This document shows positions 7,858 through 17,439 of a stretch of 64,000 bases of DNA, in pieces. The notes under the pieces are model-generated. The model saw only the letters and a program-made list of their open reading frames with translations, was not told the DNA's origin and did not search any database. The first letter of the stretch is position 1; each line of letters starts with the position of its first letter. The DNA is from an uncultured Planctomycetaceae bacterium (lineage in GTDB: Bacteria > Planctomycetota > Planctomycetia > Pirellulales > UBA1268). The translations under genes were made by a program, and so were the position numbers. Location of the stretch: assembly GCA_903917235.1 (NCBI GenBank), contig CAIWZS010000413.1, forward strand, positions 342 through 64,341, read 5' to 3'.

Positions 7858-10185
7858 TCAACGCGTGTCGGCCTGCTGTCGGCTGTAGCGCAGGTTGTTC
7901 TCGAGCAGGCTCGACCCCGGCAGGATCACCAGGCCGGCTTCGTAGGCCTTGATCGCCGCCGGCCAGTCCTTTTCGAAGTGTGCTCGAGCCCGCCTGTCGA
8001 GGCAGTACTCGAGATTGCCCTCGATGAGCCGCGACCCGGGCGCCGCCCTGTGACCGCGCACGTATCGTTCGATCGCCACGTCCCAGTCCTCCTTCGCCTG
8101 CTGTGCCCACGGCACGTAGATGCGTTCCCAGAGATCCTCGATCACGCTCGCGTCACCGAGCGACGCCAGGGCCGGCACGTGCCGGCCCACGTACGCCTCG
8201 GCCTCTTCCCAGTGCGCCTGCTCCTGGAGCGCGGAAGCCCGCCGATGCACGTGCCGCACGATCACGTCGGGTACGTCGCTCGTCCGCGGCAGTTGTGCAG
8301 CCAGTTCCACGGCGCGGGCGATGGCCGTCGATTCGGCATCGGCAGCCTTGGCGGCGGCAAGTTCCTCCTGGACGGCATACTCGAGATTGTCGGCGAGCCT
8401 GCCGTCGTCGGGGTTCTGCATGATGCCCGCGAGCAGGATGTCGCGCGCGGCGGAAAACCGCCCCGCGTCGATCTCTTCCTTCGCCCAGCGTGACCGGACC
8501 GAGCCGCACCACTCGGCGAGCCGCGCGCGATCCCGACCTTCGAGCCGCTCGAGGCCGGGAGCCACGATCTCGAGCGCCGCCTGCCAGTCCTCGTGCTCGA
8601 CGTGCTCCGCGGCCTTCCGGGTGAACAGCCCGACCTTCGCCTCTTCGAGGTCATGGTCATGCGGCAGGAGCATCAGGCCGGAGGCGAGCACGGCGAGCGC
8701 CTCGTCGATCCGGCCCGCGTCGCACTCGGCGATCGCGCACGCGATGAACGAGGCTCTGGCGTTGGTGCGGATGCCGTATTCGTCCGGGGCGAGCCGCATC
8801 GCCGCCTTCGAGACGGCCACCGCATCGGCCGCGGCACCGGCGTCGAGCAGTGCCTTGCTCCAGTTGGTGAGCGCGGCAAGCGCGTTCTTGACGAGGGACG
8901 CGCTCGCCGGGTCGAGTTGGAGCCCGCGGAAATACATCGCGAGCGCTCCCGGGTGATCCCCCTGCTCCGCCCGCGCGACGCCGTGGTTGTAGTAGACGAG
9001 CGCGACGAGCCCCGCGTCGTTCACCTCACGCCGTTCCTCGCGGTGGCTCTCGGGCACGTAGACGAAGCCGGTGCGCTCGCGAAACTTCTCCGCCGCCTCC
9101 GCGCTCCGGGCCGGGTTGAAGCCCTCGGGAATCGTCGTCTCCACGTCGACGTGCCGCGGGCCGTCGTAGACGATCGCGAAGGCGTGTTCCGGCACCTCGA
9201 TCCCGCGGACGTCGAGGCCGAGCCGACGGCCCACGATGGTGTAGACCACGGCGCTCGACACGCAGTTGAATCGCCCCGTCTCGAGCACGGTGGAGACGTC
9301 GGTCTGACGAAGCGCGTACCCCCCCTTGAAAGGGCCGGCGTGCAGGAGGCGCAGGATCGCCTCCCCCCTGACCTGCAGGTCGCCCGTGCCGGACACGGCC
9401 CGATCCGCGTCGGCGACCAGCCGATCGACGATGGCGAGGTGGCTCGCGCGGGCGGCCGCATCGGCCTCGCCCGAGGCGATGAGGGCTGCCTCCGCGAAGG
9501 AGATGCCGTCGAACGTGCCATCCGCGCCGTCGGCCAGCATCGCCGCCTCGTCGGCCGGGCAGGCGAGATCGAGCGACATCTTCTGGAGCGTTGCGACGAC
9601 CTCGAGCGCGTCGGCAGGCGATTCCTTGAACGCGCGCCGCGGCTCGACGATCCCCTCGTATCCGAGGAGTGCCAACTCCGTCACCCTCACGCCCGTGCCG
9701 TCCGCGGGCGCGCGCAGGCGAACGAGCACCCGCTTCGCTGCGACGGGACCGAGGTCGTACGTGTACGGACCGGCACCGCGGAAGAGCGCGATCGACTTCA
9801 CCACGCTGAAACGGTCGCCGTCCCCGTCCGGCGAGACGAGGATCTCGAGGTCGGTGGGCTGCGTCGAGGGCCGGCCTGAGTCGAGACCGATCACCACCCG
9901 CCGGAGGCCCATGATCGCCCCACCCCATGAGATCGCCAGGTCGATCTCGTCGCCGCCACGCGCCGCGAGTTCGACCGCCGTCGACGGATCACCGTCGGTG
10001 ACCGCGGCAGCCGACTCGAGGCGCCGCGAACGGTCGGCCGGTTCGATCAGCGCGTCGTCTCGCGTGAGCAGGTCGCCGATGGGCGGCTCCGCGGATCGCC
10101 CGGCGGATGCCGCGAGCAGGGTGGCGACGAGGGTGGCCGCATGGGCCACCCTCGTGTTTCCGACCATTCTTCTCGTTGGTCTCAT
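7858..10185 (-). CDS. secreted discoidin(F5/8-C)-like + transglutaminase-like + TPR repeat protein
   Basis: Track ORF of 775 aa with a signal-like N-terminus. Cys-His-Asp core reads GRFNCVSSAVVYT..EHAFAIVYDG..VDVETT. Multiple TPR-like helices follow in the C-terminal half. Confidence 0.65.
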   Translation of the reverse strand: MRPTRRMVGNTRVAHAATLVATLLAASAGRSAEPPIGDLLTRDDALIEPADRSRRLESAAAVTDGDPSTAVELAARGGDEIDLAISWGGAIMGLRRVVIGLDSGRPSTQPTDLEILVSPDGDGDRFSVVKSIALFRGAGPYTYDLGPVAAKRVLVRLRAPADGTGVRVTELALLGYEGIVEPRRAFKESPADALEVVATLQKMSLDLACPADEAAMLADGADGTFDGISFAEAALIASGEADAAARASHLAIVDRLVADADRAVSGTGDLQVRGEAILRLLHAGPFKGGYALRQTDVSTVLETGRFNCVSSAVVYTIVGRRLGLDVRGIEVPEHAFAIVYDGPRHVDVETTIPEGFNPARSAEAAEKFRERTGFVYVPESHREERREVNDAGLVALVYYNHGVARAEQGDHPGALAMYFRGLQLDPASASLVKNALAALTNWSKALLDAGAAADAVAVSKAAMRLAPDEYGIRTNARASFIACAIAECDAGRIDEALAVLASGLMLLPHDHDLEEAKVGLFTRKAAEHVEHEDWQAALEIVAPGLERLEGRDRARLAEWCGSVRSRWAKEEIDAGRFSAARDILLAGIMQNPDDGRLADNLEYAVQEELAAAKAADAESTAIARAVELAAQLPRTSDVPDVIVRHVHRRASALQEQAHWEEAEAYVGRHVPALASLGDASVIEDLWERIYVPWAQQAKEDWDVAIERYVRGHRAAPGSRLIEGNLEYCLDRRARAHFEKDWPAAIKAYEAGLVILPGSSLLENNLRYSRQQADTR

Positions 10186-10224
10186 CGCTTGGTCCTCCGG
10201 GCTGGAGCGAGTGCATCGAAAATG

Positions 10225-11568
10225 TTACCTCACCGCCGCGGTGCCCCGAGCGCGGCCGGGGAGCAGTTCGACCGGCACCACGGCCGCGACGCTGCCGTCC
10301 GCGAGGGCCACGATCAGGTCCGCCCTCGTCGCCGATGCGATCGTGGTGGGGGGCACGGTGGCCCGGAGCCCCTCGTCCGTCCATGCCGTCACCGGGCACT
10401 CGAGGATCACGACCCCGATCTTCATGGCGACCTTCCCCGGCGTGCCACGTAGCCCCCGGGCAGGCAGTTCGAAGCCCTCGCCCGCCCAGACCTTTGGCAG
10501 AGGGTCGTTCTCGGCGACGGGTTCACCCACGGACACTCCTGTCTGGGTCGTATCGAGACGCGTTTCGGCGACGAGCGCACCCTCGGCCGTGGTGACGATC
10601 TCCTCGATCACGACGGACCGCGCGGGTCCGATGGGTTCCGCGACCACGACGGGCGGTTCGGCCGGCACCGCCTGGACGATCGGACGCTCGACCACGATCC
10701 CACGGCCCCCTCCGGAGCCACCGGTGCGACGGTCCGCGATTCCGTCGGCGAACGCCGCCGCAGCCAGACCGATCGCCACCCAATCCCACGCCGTCGGGCC
10801 CGCATCGACGACGGCAGGCCCGGGTTCGGCGGCAGCGCCGTTGCCGTTCGCGCCGTTGCCGTTCGCGCCGTTGCCGTTCGCGCCGTTGCCGTTCGCGCCG
10901 TTGCCGTTCGCGCCGTTGCCGTTCGCGCCGTTGCCGTTCGCGCCATTGCCGACGATGACCAGATCGTCCAGTTGCTCACGCCAATCGGGCACGCCGTCGC
11001 GATCGGAGTCGGCCACGTCGAATCGACCCGGACTCACGTCCACAGCGCCGTTGGTGACCGTGGCGTCGGGGCGGCCATCCTTCAGCCGATAACGCGGGCC
11101 CTCTGCGGCCGTGCGCGGTCGGGATGGGTTCGAGGGTGGATCAAACCTGGCAACCGGCGGCGCGATCCTCACGCCCTGCGGCTGCAGCGGAGTCAACGGC
11201 TTCTTCAACGTCGCACCGCGCGGGAGGATGGTCGTCACGGTCGGCCCGTATGCGGCCGGCGGCGCGAACGTTCTCTGGGCCGGCATGAGCGCCTGCGGGA
11301 CCGGGGTGAAGGGCCGCACGGCAGGCTTCGATCCGTTGGCCTGAGGCTTGAACGCGGCGGCAGGCGCCGCTTTCGGGCCGCCGAAACCGCCTCGGGGAGT
11401 GGGCATGCGGGGCGCGGCCTGTCCGATGGGCGAGCGGGTGACCCGAGGGGCGCCGACCGGTGTGGATTGTTTCATGCGCGTGCTCGACGGAGCGGGGGGT
11501 CCGGCATGCACGGGAAACGCGATGGCGAGCACGAGTGTCATCATGAGGATCGGATGCGCGAATCGCAT
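10225..11568 (-). CDS. secreted Pro-rich protein with a thrombospondin-type-3-like Ca-binding motif and a (GNGAN)n tract
   Basis: ATG 11568 (MRFAHPILMMTLVLAIAFPVHAG signal peptide) within track ORF 10225-11619. Contains DSDRDGVPDWREQLDD followed by the GNGAN repeats. Confidence 0.6.
   Translation of the reverse strand: MRFAHPILMMTLVLAIAFPVHAGPPAPSSTRMKQSTPVGAPRVTRSPIGQAAPRMPTPRGGFGGPKAAPAAAFKPQANGSKPAVRPFTPVPQALMPAQRTFAPPAAYGPTVTTILPRGATLKKPLTPLQPQGVRIAPPVARFDPPSNPSRPRTAAEGPRYRLKDGRPDATVTNGAVDVSPGRFDVADSDRDGVPDWREQLDDLVIVGNGANGNGANGNGANGNGANGNGANGNGANGNGANGNGAAAEPGPAVVDAGPTAWDWVAIGLAAAAFADGIADRRTGGSGGGRGIVVERPIVQAVPAEPPVVVAEPIGPARSVVIEEIVTTAEGALVAETRLDTTQTGVSVGEPVAENDPLPKVWAGEGFELPARGLRGTPGKVAMKIGVVILECPVTAWTDEGLRATVPPTTIASATRADLIVALADGSVAAVVPVELLPGRARGTAAVR
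10837..10956. repeat. 15-bp perfect tandem repeat gccgttgccgttcgc x7 plus one degenerate unit
   Basis: Counted directly in the sequence: units start at 10837, 10852, ... 10927, with a degenerate unit at 10942. It is in frame and encodes the GNGAN repeats of the 10225-11568 protein. Confidence 0.95.
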
Positions 11569-11714
11569 GACTGGGGTTCCTTTGGAGGCGGGATCCGGAC
11601 CACCGGGGCCAAGAATCATTCCCGCCGGAATCCTCAGCGCGGAACGTCCCGCCGTGTTACATCCGCCCCAGGCGGCGACCGGCTACGGATGCGGTGTCGA
11701 CCGCGGGAGCCCCG

Positions 11715-12686
11715 TCAGACGCCCTGCGGCTCTTCGAGGAAGACGCCCATCCGCCGGAACCGCTCATACCGCTCGGCGACAAGGTCGTCGCGGGGCCGAT
11801 CCACAAGTTCCTTGAGCGTCCGCACGAGGAACATCTTCAGCCGGATCGCCATCTGCCGCGGGTGACGGTGGGCGCCGCCCGCCGGCTCGTCGATCACCGC
11901 ATCGACGACGCCGAACTCCGCGAGGTCGCGGGAGCGGAATCGCAGCGCGCGGGCGGCGTCGGCCTTGAACTCGACGCTCTTCCACAGGATGCCGGCACAC
12001 CCCTCGGGGCTGATGACGCTGTAGTAGGCGTGCTCGAGCATCGCCACGCGGTCGCCCACGCCGATGCCGAGCGCCCCGCCCGACCCACCCTCGCCGATCA
12101 CGACGCACACGATCGGCACCGGGAGCGTCGCCATGAGGAACATGCTCTCGGCAATGACCTGGGCCTGACCACGTTCCTCGGCGCCGACGCCCGGATAGGC
12201 GCCGGGCGTGTCGATGAGGCAGATGACCGGCAGGCCGTACTTCGCCGCCAGTCGCATCTTGCCCATCGCCTTGCGGTATCCCTCAGGATGGGCGCAGCCG
12301 AAGTGGCACGCCTGCCGCTCGGCGAGCGTCTTCCCCTTCTCGTGACCGATCACCATCACCTTGTGCTGGTCGAGCTTGGCGAACCCCGTGAGCATCGCCC
12401 GGTCGTCCCCGAACGATTTGTCGCCATGCAGCTCGACGAACTCGTCGAAGACCAGCCGGAGGTAGTCGCTGGTCTTGGGCCGATCGGGATGGCGCGCGAC
12501 CTCGACGGTCTGCCATGGGTCGAGGCTGCCGAAGATCGTTCGCTGGACCTCGACCAACTCGCGCTTCAGGCGGCGGATTTCGTCGGGCTGCTGGGCGCCG
12601 AGCGGAGCCCGCTCGAGCGCCGCGATGCGGTCCTCGAGTTCGACGATCGGCTTCTCGAGGGGGAGGCGGTGCAGTCCCTGTGCCAT
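11715..12686 (-). CDS. accA: acetyl-CoA carboxylase carboxyltransferase alpha subunit
   Basis: Track ORF of 323 aa. Motifs: HPDRPKTSDYL, FGDDRAMLTGFAKL, GMPHPEGYRKA-like HFGCAHPEGYRKAMGKMRLAAKYGLPVICLIDTPGAYPG, and GEGGSGGALGIG. Confidence 0.93.
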   Translation of the reverse strand: MAQGLHRLPLEKPIVELEDRIAALERAPLGAQQPDEIRRLKRELVEVQRTIFGSLDPWQTVEVARHPDRPKTSDYLRLVFDEFVELHGDKSFGDDRAMLTGFAKLDQHKVMVIGHEKGKTLAERQACHFGCAHPEGYRKAMGKMRLAAKYGLPVICLIDTPGAYPGVGAEERGQAQVIAESMFLMATLPVPIVCVVIGEGGSGGALGIGVGDRVAMLEHAYYSVISPEGCAGILWKSVEFKADAARALRFRSRDLAEFGVVDAVIDEPAGGAHRHPRQMAIRLKMFLVRTLKELVDRPRDDLVAERYERFRRMGVFLEEPQGV

Positions 12687-12752
12687 CGATGCTGCTCGTG
12701 ACGGGTGCCGGACGGACGAAGCCAGCAGTTTCGCCCGGGCGCAGGATCGCCG

Positions 12753-13619
12753 TCAACGCGAAAGCGAGGGCATCTCCCGGTGTGGAACGTGGTCGAAGAG
12801 GCGGATCCCTCGCAATTCGGCGGCCACCGCCTGCATCGTGCGCGGCCGGTCTCCCGGCCGCTTCGCGAGCATCCTGCGGATCAGGTCCGATGCCGCCGAC
12901 GTGGCATGCCGATTGGCCGCCTCCACCGCCGGAATCGCCGCGGCGACATGGCGATTGAGGAGGTCGTTCGTGGTCGACGCGGTGAACGGAGGCCGGCCCG
13001 CGATCAGTTCGAAGAGCACGCAGCCGAGCGAGTAGATGTCGGACCTCGCGTCGAGCGGTCGGCCGCGGATCTGCTCGGGAGACATGTAGCTCGGCGTGCC
13101 CTTCGGCGGCGCGCCACCGAACAAGCGGCCGAGGAATCCTCCCGCCCTGGCGGCGATGGCGAGATCGATGAGCTTCGCCCTGCCGTCGGGGGCGGCGAGC
13201 ACGTTGTCCGGCTTCACGTCGCGGTGCACCCAGCCCCGCGCGTGCACGTGATCGAGCGCGAGCGCGAGCTCTAGCGCGATCGGCTGCGCGACCCACTCGA
13301 GGCCGTCCCTGCCGGCCGTCAGCAGCTTCTTCAGATTCGGGTGCGGGTAATACTCCATCACGACGTACGGGAGCCCTTCATCGACCGCAAAGCGGTCGAT
13401 GCGAATGACGGCTTCGTGATCGAGGGTGCGACCCACGCGCCATTCGTGCTGCAGGAGCGCCCGCTCCCGCGGATCATCGGCCCGCTGGGGTGCCACGACC
13501 TTCACGGCCACCGCACGCTCCTCGACCCCCTCGCGTCCCTCCCACACCTGGCAGTTGCGGCCGCTGCCGATCTGGCGCACGAGCCTCACCGACCCAAGCT
13601 GCTCGGGGAGACGTGCCAT
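12753..13619 (-). CDS. small Ser/Thr protein kinase (kinase domain only)
   Basis: ATG 13619 (MARLPEQLGSVRLVRQIGSGRNCQVW) within track ORF 12753-13721. Motifs: AVKVV, HRDVKPDNVL, DLA in place of DFG, and YMSPEQ. Confidence 0.72.
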   Translation of the reverse strand: MARLPEQLGSVRLVRQIGSGRNCQVWEGREGVEERAVAVKVVAPQRADDPRERALLQHEWRVGRTLDHEAVIRIDRFAVDEGLPYVVMEYYPHPNLKKLLTAGRDGLEWVAQPIALELALALDHVHARGWVHRDVKPDNVLAAPDGRAKLIDLAIAARAGGFLGRLFGGAPPKGTPSYMSPEQIRGRPLDARSDIYSLGCVLFELIAGRPPFTASTTNDLLNRHVAAAIPAVEAANRHATSAASDLIRRMLAKRPGDRPRTMQAVAAELRGIRLFDHVPHREMPSLSR

Positions 13620-14470
13620 GGATCGGGACTCAGGCGGGTGGAGACGAGCACGAGGCCGTGCGGAGGCGCGGTTGGTCCGGCGGCGGGGCGGCTGCGGGCA
13701 GCGAGTGCGTCGGCGATCCATGCGGCGGGACGCCGACCGGCGCCCACCATCACGAGTGACCCCGCGATGATCCGCACCATGTTGTGGAGGAAGCCGTTTC
13801 CCTCCACCTCGATCCAGATCTCGTCCGCGTCGCCGCCCGTCGGGTCGGCCGATCGGTGGACCTCCAGTTCATGGATTGTGCGCACTTTCGACACCCTTGT
13901 GGAGGGGGTCTTCTCGAACGACGTGAAATCGTGCTCGCCCACGAGGTGCCGCGCGGCCTCGACCATGCGGTCGCACTCGAGACGGCCCCGCCACCGCCAC
14001 ACCAGGTGACGCGCGAGCACGGGGCGAAAGGGTGCGTCGTGAATCCGGTAGCGATACCGCTTCGCGACGGCGACCGCGATGGGATCGAAGCCCGGATCCA
14101 CGTCGCGGGCCGAGACGACGGCGACATCGACGGGAAGCCTGGCCTCGAGGGCCCGGGCCCACGTGGCGGCATCGAGGCCGCTGGCGGTCGTGAAGGCCGC
14201 GACCTGGTCGAGCGCGTGCACGCCGGCGTCGGTGCGGCTCGTACCCCGCGGCCGCACCTCCTCCCCCGAGACCGTCCGGATCGCGGCTGCGAGCGCGCCC
14301 TGCACCGTGCGCCGCCCCGGCTGCGTCTGCCAGCCGGAGAAGCCGGTGCCCTCGTACGCCAGCCGCAGGCACACGCCCCGCGTTCGTCCATCGTCCCGCG
14401 GCGTGTCGTCGGGCGCATGCCGCCCGGACGACCCCTCGCCTGGCAACGGGTCCGCGGCCTGCGCGGTCAT
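13586..14470 (-). CDS. truA: tRNA pseudouridine(38-40) synthase
   Basis: ATG 14470 within track ORF 13586-14824. Motifs: LRLAYEGTGFSGWQTQPG, RTDAGVHALDQV, FLHNMVRIIAGSL. The start overlaps the asd stop by 4 nt (ATGA). Confidence 0.88.
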   Translation of the reverse strand: MTAQAADPLPGEGSSGRHAPDDTPRDDGRTRGVCLRLAYEGTGFSGWQTQPGRRTVQGALAAAIRTVSGEEVRPRGTSRTDAGVHALDQVAAFTTASGLDAATWARALEARLPVDVAVVSARDVDPGFDPIAVAVAKRYRYRIHDAPFRPVLARHLVWRWRGRLECDRMVEAARHLVGEHDFTSFEKTPSTRVSKVRTIHELEVHRSADPTGGDADEIWIEVEGNGFLHNMVRIIAGSLVMVGAGRRPAAWIADALAARSRPAAGPTAPPHGLVLVSTRLSPDPWHVSPSSLGR

Positions 14471-15507
14471 CCCCGCGCGGCCCCGACCCGCGCGACGCGA
14501 TCGACCCGGCCCGTGGCAAGGTGCTCCGCGATCTGCACCGCGTTCGTCGCGGCGCCCTTCCGCAGGTTGTCGGAGACGCACCAGAACGCGAGGCTGTTGG
14601 GGGCGGACTCGTCCTCGCGGATGCGGCCCACGAAGACCTCGTCGCGGCCGCTGCACGCCCGGGGCGTCGGGTAGCGCTTCGCGGCGAGATCGTCGTCGAC
14701 CACGATGCCGGGGGCGGCGGCGAGCAGCCGCCGCGCCATTTCGGCCGACAGCGGCCGCTCCGTCTCCACGACGATCGACTCGCTGTGTCCGTGGGCGACC
14801 GGCACGCGCACGCACGTCGCGCACACGCCGATCGCATCATCCCCGAGGATCTTCCGCGTTTCGAGCATCATCTTCTGCTCCTCGCTCGTCACGCCGCCGG
14901 ATCGGGGCGAACCGATCTGCGGGATGAGATTCGCGGCGATCGGATGAGGGAAGATCTGCCGCGGCTCAGGCTCCGCGGCGAGCCAGGCGGCGGTGGCCTG
15001 CTCCAGTTCCCGGGTGGCCGCGAGTCCCGCCCCGCTCACCGCCTGGTAGGTGCTCACGACGACCCGCCGCACCCGGGCGGCGTCGTGCAGGGGCTTGAGG
15101 GCCATGACCATCTGCGTCGTCGAGCAGTTGGGACTGGCGATGATGCCCCGATGGGAGGCGATCGCCTCGGGATTGACCTCGGGGATCACGAGCGGCACGT
15201 CGGGGTGCATGCGGAAGAAGGCGCTCTCGTCGATGACCACCGTGCCGCGCTCGACGGCCCAGGGCACGAACTCCGCGGCGACCTCGTCGGGCGTGCTGCC
15301 GATGGCGACGTCGACGCCGACGAACGAGTCGGGCCGCAGCACCTCCACGTCGAGACGGACGCCGGCCACCTCGAGCGGGCGACCGGCTGACCGCTCGGAA
15401 GCCAGCAGCCGGATGCGGCGCGCGGGAAACTGCCGTGCGAGCAGGAGTTCGACGATGATCCTTCCCACGGCGCCGGTGGCGCCGACGACGGCGAGCGTGT
15501 CGATCAT
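14467..15507 (-). CDS. asd: aspartate-semialdehyde dehydrogenase
   Basis: ATG 15507 (MIDTLAVVGATGAVG) within track ORF 14467-16803. Motifs: IIASPNCSTTQMVMALKPL, STYQAVSGAG, DNLRKGAATNAVQIAE. Confidence 0.93.
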   Translation of the reverse strand: MIDTLAVVGATGAVGRIIVELLLARQFPARRIRLLASERSAGRPLEVAGVRLDVEVLRPDSFVGVDVAIGSTPDEVAAEFVPWAVERGTVVIDESAFFRMHPDVPLVIPEVNPEAIASHRGIIASPNCSTTQMVMALKPLHDAARVRRVVVSTYQAVSGAGLAATRELEQATAAWLAAEPEPRQIFPHPIAANLIPQIGSPRSGGVTSEEQKMMLETRKILGDDAIGVCATCVRVPVAHGHSESIVVETERPLSAEMARRLLAAAPGIVVDDDLAAKRYPTPRACSGRDEVFVGRIREDESAPNSLAFWCVSDNLRKGAATNAVQIAEHLATGRVDRVARVGAARG

Positions 15508-15545
15508 GGATGAGCCTGGATGTCCTGGACGTGGAGGCATGCCCG

Positions 15546-16553
15546 TCAACGCGCGGGCGGACGACCGGACCGACGGTCCGGAACGATGGACGACTCGAAG
15601 GCGCGTCCCGTCACCGTGACGAGGAACGCCTCGAGGACGGGCGCCGATACGAAGGCGAGGTTGGCGGTGATCATGGCCAGACCGAACTCCATCATGCCCA
15701 TCGCGACGCCAATCCCCAAGTGCACCGCGACCGCCATGCCCAACGCGACGCGGCGGGTCAGCCGGGGCCAGACGATCGCCGGGTAGGCGACCTCCCAGAA
15801 CAGCGTGCCGAGCGTCAGGGCGTTGGTCAGCAGCGGATGCCGGGCCAGGCCGGTCAGATCGAGCGTGCGGTACTGGCTGTTGGCCACGGCACCCCAGAGC
15901 GCGGTGCCATCCCACCAGCTCGCCCCGAGCAGCTTGCCGCACCCCGAAAAGAAGTAGACCACGCAGAGGTGCAGCTGGATCAGCCGCAGGGCCACGTTGG
16001 CCCGCACCGACGGAACTCCCTCCGCCCGCGCACCCGGCAGCCCTGCCGCCAGCAGGCCGTCGATCGACAGCCGGGCCCCCGACGGACCGATCACGAGCGG
16101 CAGCAGCAGCAGGCCGAGCGTGTCGTCGAACCCGAAGACGTTGAGCGGAGCGCGATTCGCGGCGCTGATGAATCCGACGGCCGACGTGACCGCCGCGAGT
16201 GGCGTCGCGAGTCCGACAGTGAGCAGGATCGCGGCGACGAGCGTGACACCGGCGACGACCCGCATCGCCGTCGGCGACCACGCGGCGAAGTAGAGACTCC
16301 ACTGCCACGGCTGGTCGTTCATCCGCCACACCTCGTGCGGAGCCAGCCAGCCATCGACGCCGAAGAACGCGTCGATGTCGAGCAGCCAGACGGCGCTCGA
16401 CCACGCGAGTAGGAGGCCGGTGCCGATGCGGATCAGCGCGAGCGGAAGCGGGTCGGCGGGCGTGAAGAAGAAGCGGTCCCAGGCGGCGATCCACTCGCCG
16501 CACCAGCCGCGTTCCGCCCGCCCGGTCTGCCCGTCGTCCATGCCTGGGATCAT
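15546..16553 (-). CDS. HTTM-domain (vitamin-K-dependent gamma-carboxylase-like) polytopic membrane protein
   Basis: Track ORF of 335 aa. The opening reads WDRFFFTPADPLPLALIRIGTGLLL, followed by multiple TM helices. This is the typical bacterial HTTM pattern. Confidence 0.72.
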   Translation of the reverse strand: MIPGMDDGQTGRAERGWCGEWIAAWDRFFFTPADPLPLALIRIGTGLLLAWSSAVWLLDIDAFFGVDGWLAPHEVWRMNDQPWQWSLYFAAWSPTAMRVVAGVTLVAAILLTVGLATPLAAVTSAVGFISAANRAPLNVFGFDDTLGLLLLPLVIGPSGARLSIDGLLAAGLPGARAEGVPSVRANVALRLIQLHLCVVYFFSGCGKLLGASWWDGTALWGAVANSQYRTLDLTGLARHPLLTNALTLGTLFWEVAYPAIVWPRLTRRVALGMAVAVHLGIGVAMGMMEFGLAMITANLAFVSAPVLEAFLVTVTGRAFESSIVPDRRSGRPPAR

Positions 16554-17158
16554 CGGCCCACCTCCCGCCGCCTCTCGTAGACGCCGAGCGGCGTGACGAC
16601 GTCCGGCTCGACGGTCCCGGCGAGCACCTCGTCGGGAGCCGGGAGGTAGTGCTCCACGAGTTCCAGGCTGAGTCGTCCGTCGCCATGCGTCCGCAGCACG
16701 TTCGTCGCCACGCCCCGGACGAGCGGCCCCCAGTCTCGCTTGGCCGCGTCGCGCACGTCCGCGGGCGCATCCGGTGGGGGAACGAGCGTGGCGATTTTCT
16801 CACTCACCATGAACCGCCGGTGATAGAGCAGGCGGGGGCGATCCGTCACCGCGTCGGGAATCGACCCGGTCAGCGTGACACCGTCCGCCCGCACGAGCGT
16901 CCAGCGGATCGAGTGCCCCGGACCGGGGTTGGGCGCGAAGAAGCGGTAGCCGTGGCCGAGGTGCAGGAGGCCCACGAGCGGCCTGAGCGGCTGCATCATC
17001 GCCCCCGCCAGTTCGCTCGCGGGTGGAGGTCCGGCGAGGGGCGGCATGACGACGGCGGCCAGGTAGACCCCGATCGCGAGCGACACCACGAGCCGCCACG
17101 AGCGCGACGGCGCGCGGTGCACGGACGGATCACGCAGTGTGGCGGGCGGGAGCGTCAT
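16550..17158 (-). CDS. hypothetical membrane-anchored protein, translationally coupled partner of the HTTM protein
   Basis: ATG 17158 (MTLPPATLRDPSVHRAPSRSWRLVVSLAIGVYLAAVV) within track ORF 16550-17593. Its stop overlaps the HTTM start by 4 nt (ATGA at 16550-16553). Confidence 0.55.
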   Translation of the reverse strand: MTLPPATLRDPSVHRAPSRSWRLVVSLAIGVYLAAVVMPPLAGPPPASELAGAMMQPLRPLVGLLHLGHGYRFFAPNPGPGHSIRWTLVRADGVTLTGSIPDAVTDRPRLLYHRRFMVSEKIATLVPPPDAPADVRDAAKRDWGPLVRGVATNVLRTHGDGRLSLELVEHYLPAPDEVLAGTVEPDVVTPLGVYERRREVGR

Positions 17159-17371
17159 GCCGAGAGTTCCTCGCGACAAGCGTAGAGCGCATCCGCCATC
17201 CGTGCGGCGGTCAACCACGCCCCGCGGACGACCCGCGAGGGGGGTCGGCGAACGCTTCCCGAGCGAGCGGCCGCCGCGGACGGGAGCGAGGAGACTTTTG
17301 CCGCCCCCCGAGCCCACGGCTTGACGACCGTCAGCAGAAGACCGCGCCCCGCGGACGACCCCCAAATGCAA

Positions 17372-17404
17372 AACTCCCGCACGGCACTGGGCCGTGCGGG
17401 AGTT
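17372..17404 (-). terminator. intrinsic-terminator-like hairpin downstream of the TIGR03000-type gene
   Basis: Perfect 14-bp inverted repeat aactcccgcacggc / gccgtgcgggagtt with a 5-nt loop, 35 nt past the stop at 17440. On the minus strand it is followed by TTGCATTTGGG. Confidence 0.55.
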
Positions 17405-17439
17405 CGCGAAACCTGCGATCCCGCTGGCGGGACGGCCGA

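Noticed and set aside
10837-10956. The tandem repeat considered as a CRISPR array or minisatellite outside genes.
   Set aside because: The units are 15 bp, contiguous with no spacers, and in frame inside a coding sequence.
14467-16803. Track ORFs extended far upstream of asd (778 aa), the ABC ATPase (639 aa), leuA (828 aa), MoxR (506 aa), the primase (722 aa), the terS-like gene (342 aa) and the PQQ protein (1677 aa).
   Set aside because: The N-terminal extensions overlap neighbouring real genes or intergenic DNA and have junk composition. Internal ATG/GTG starts coincide with conserved protein N-termini, Shine-Dalgarno-like sequences or 4-nt stop/start overlaps.
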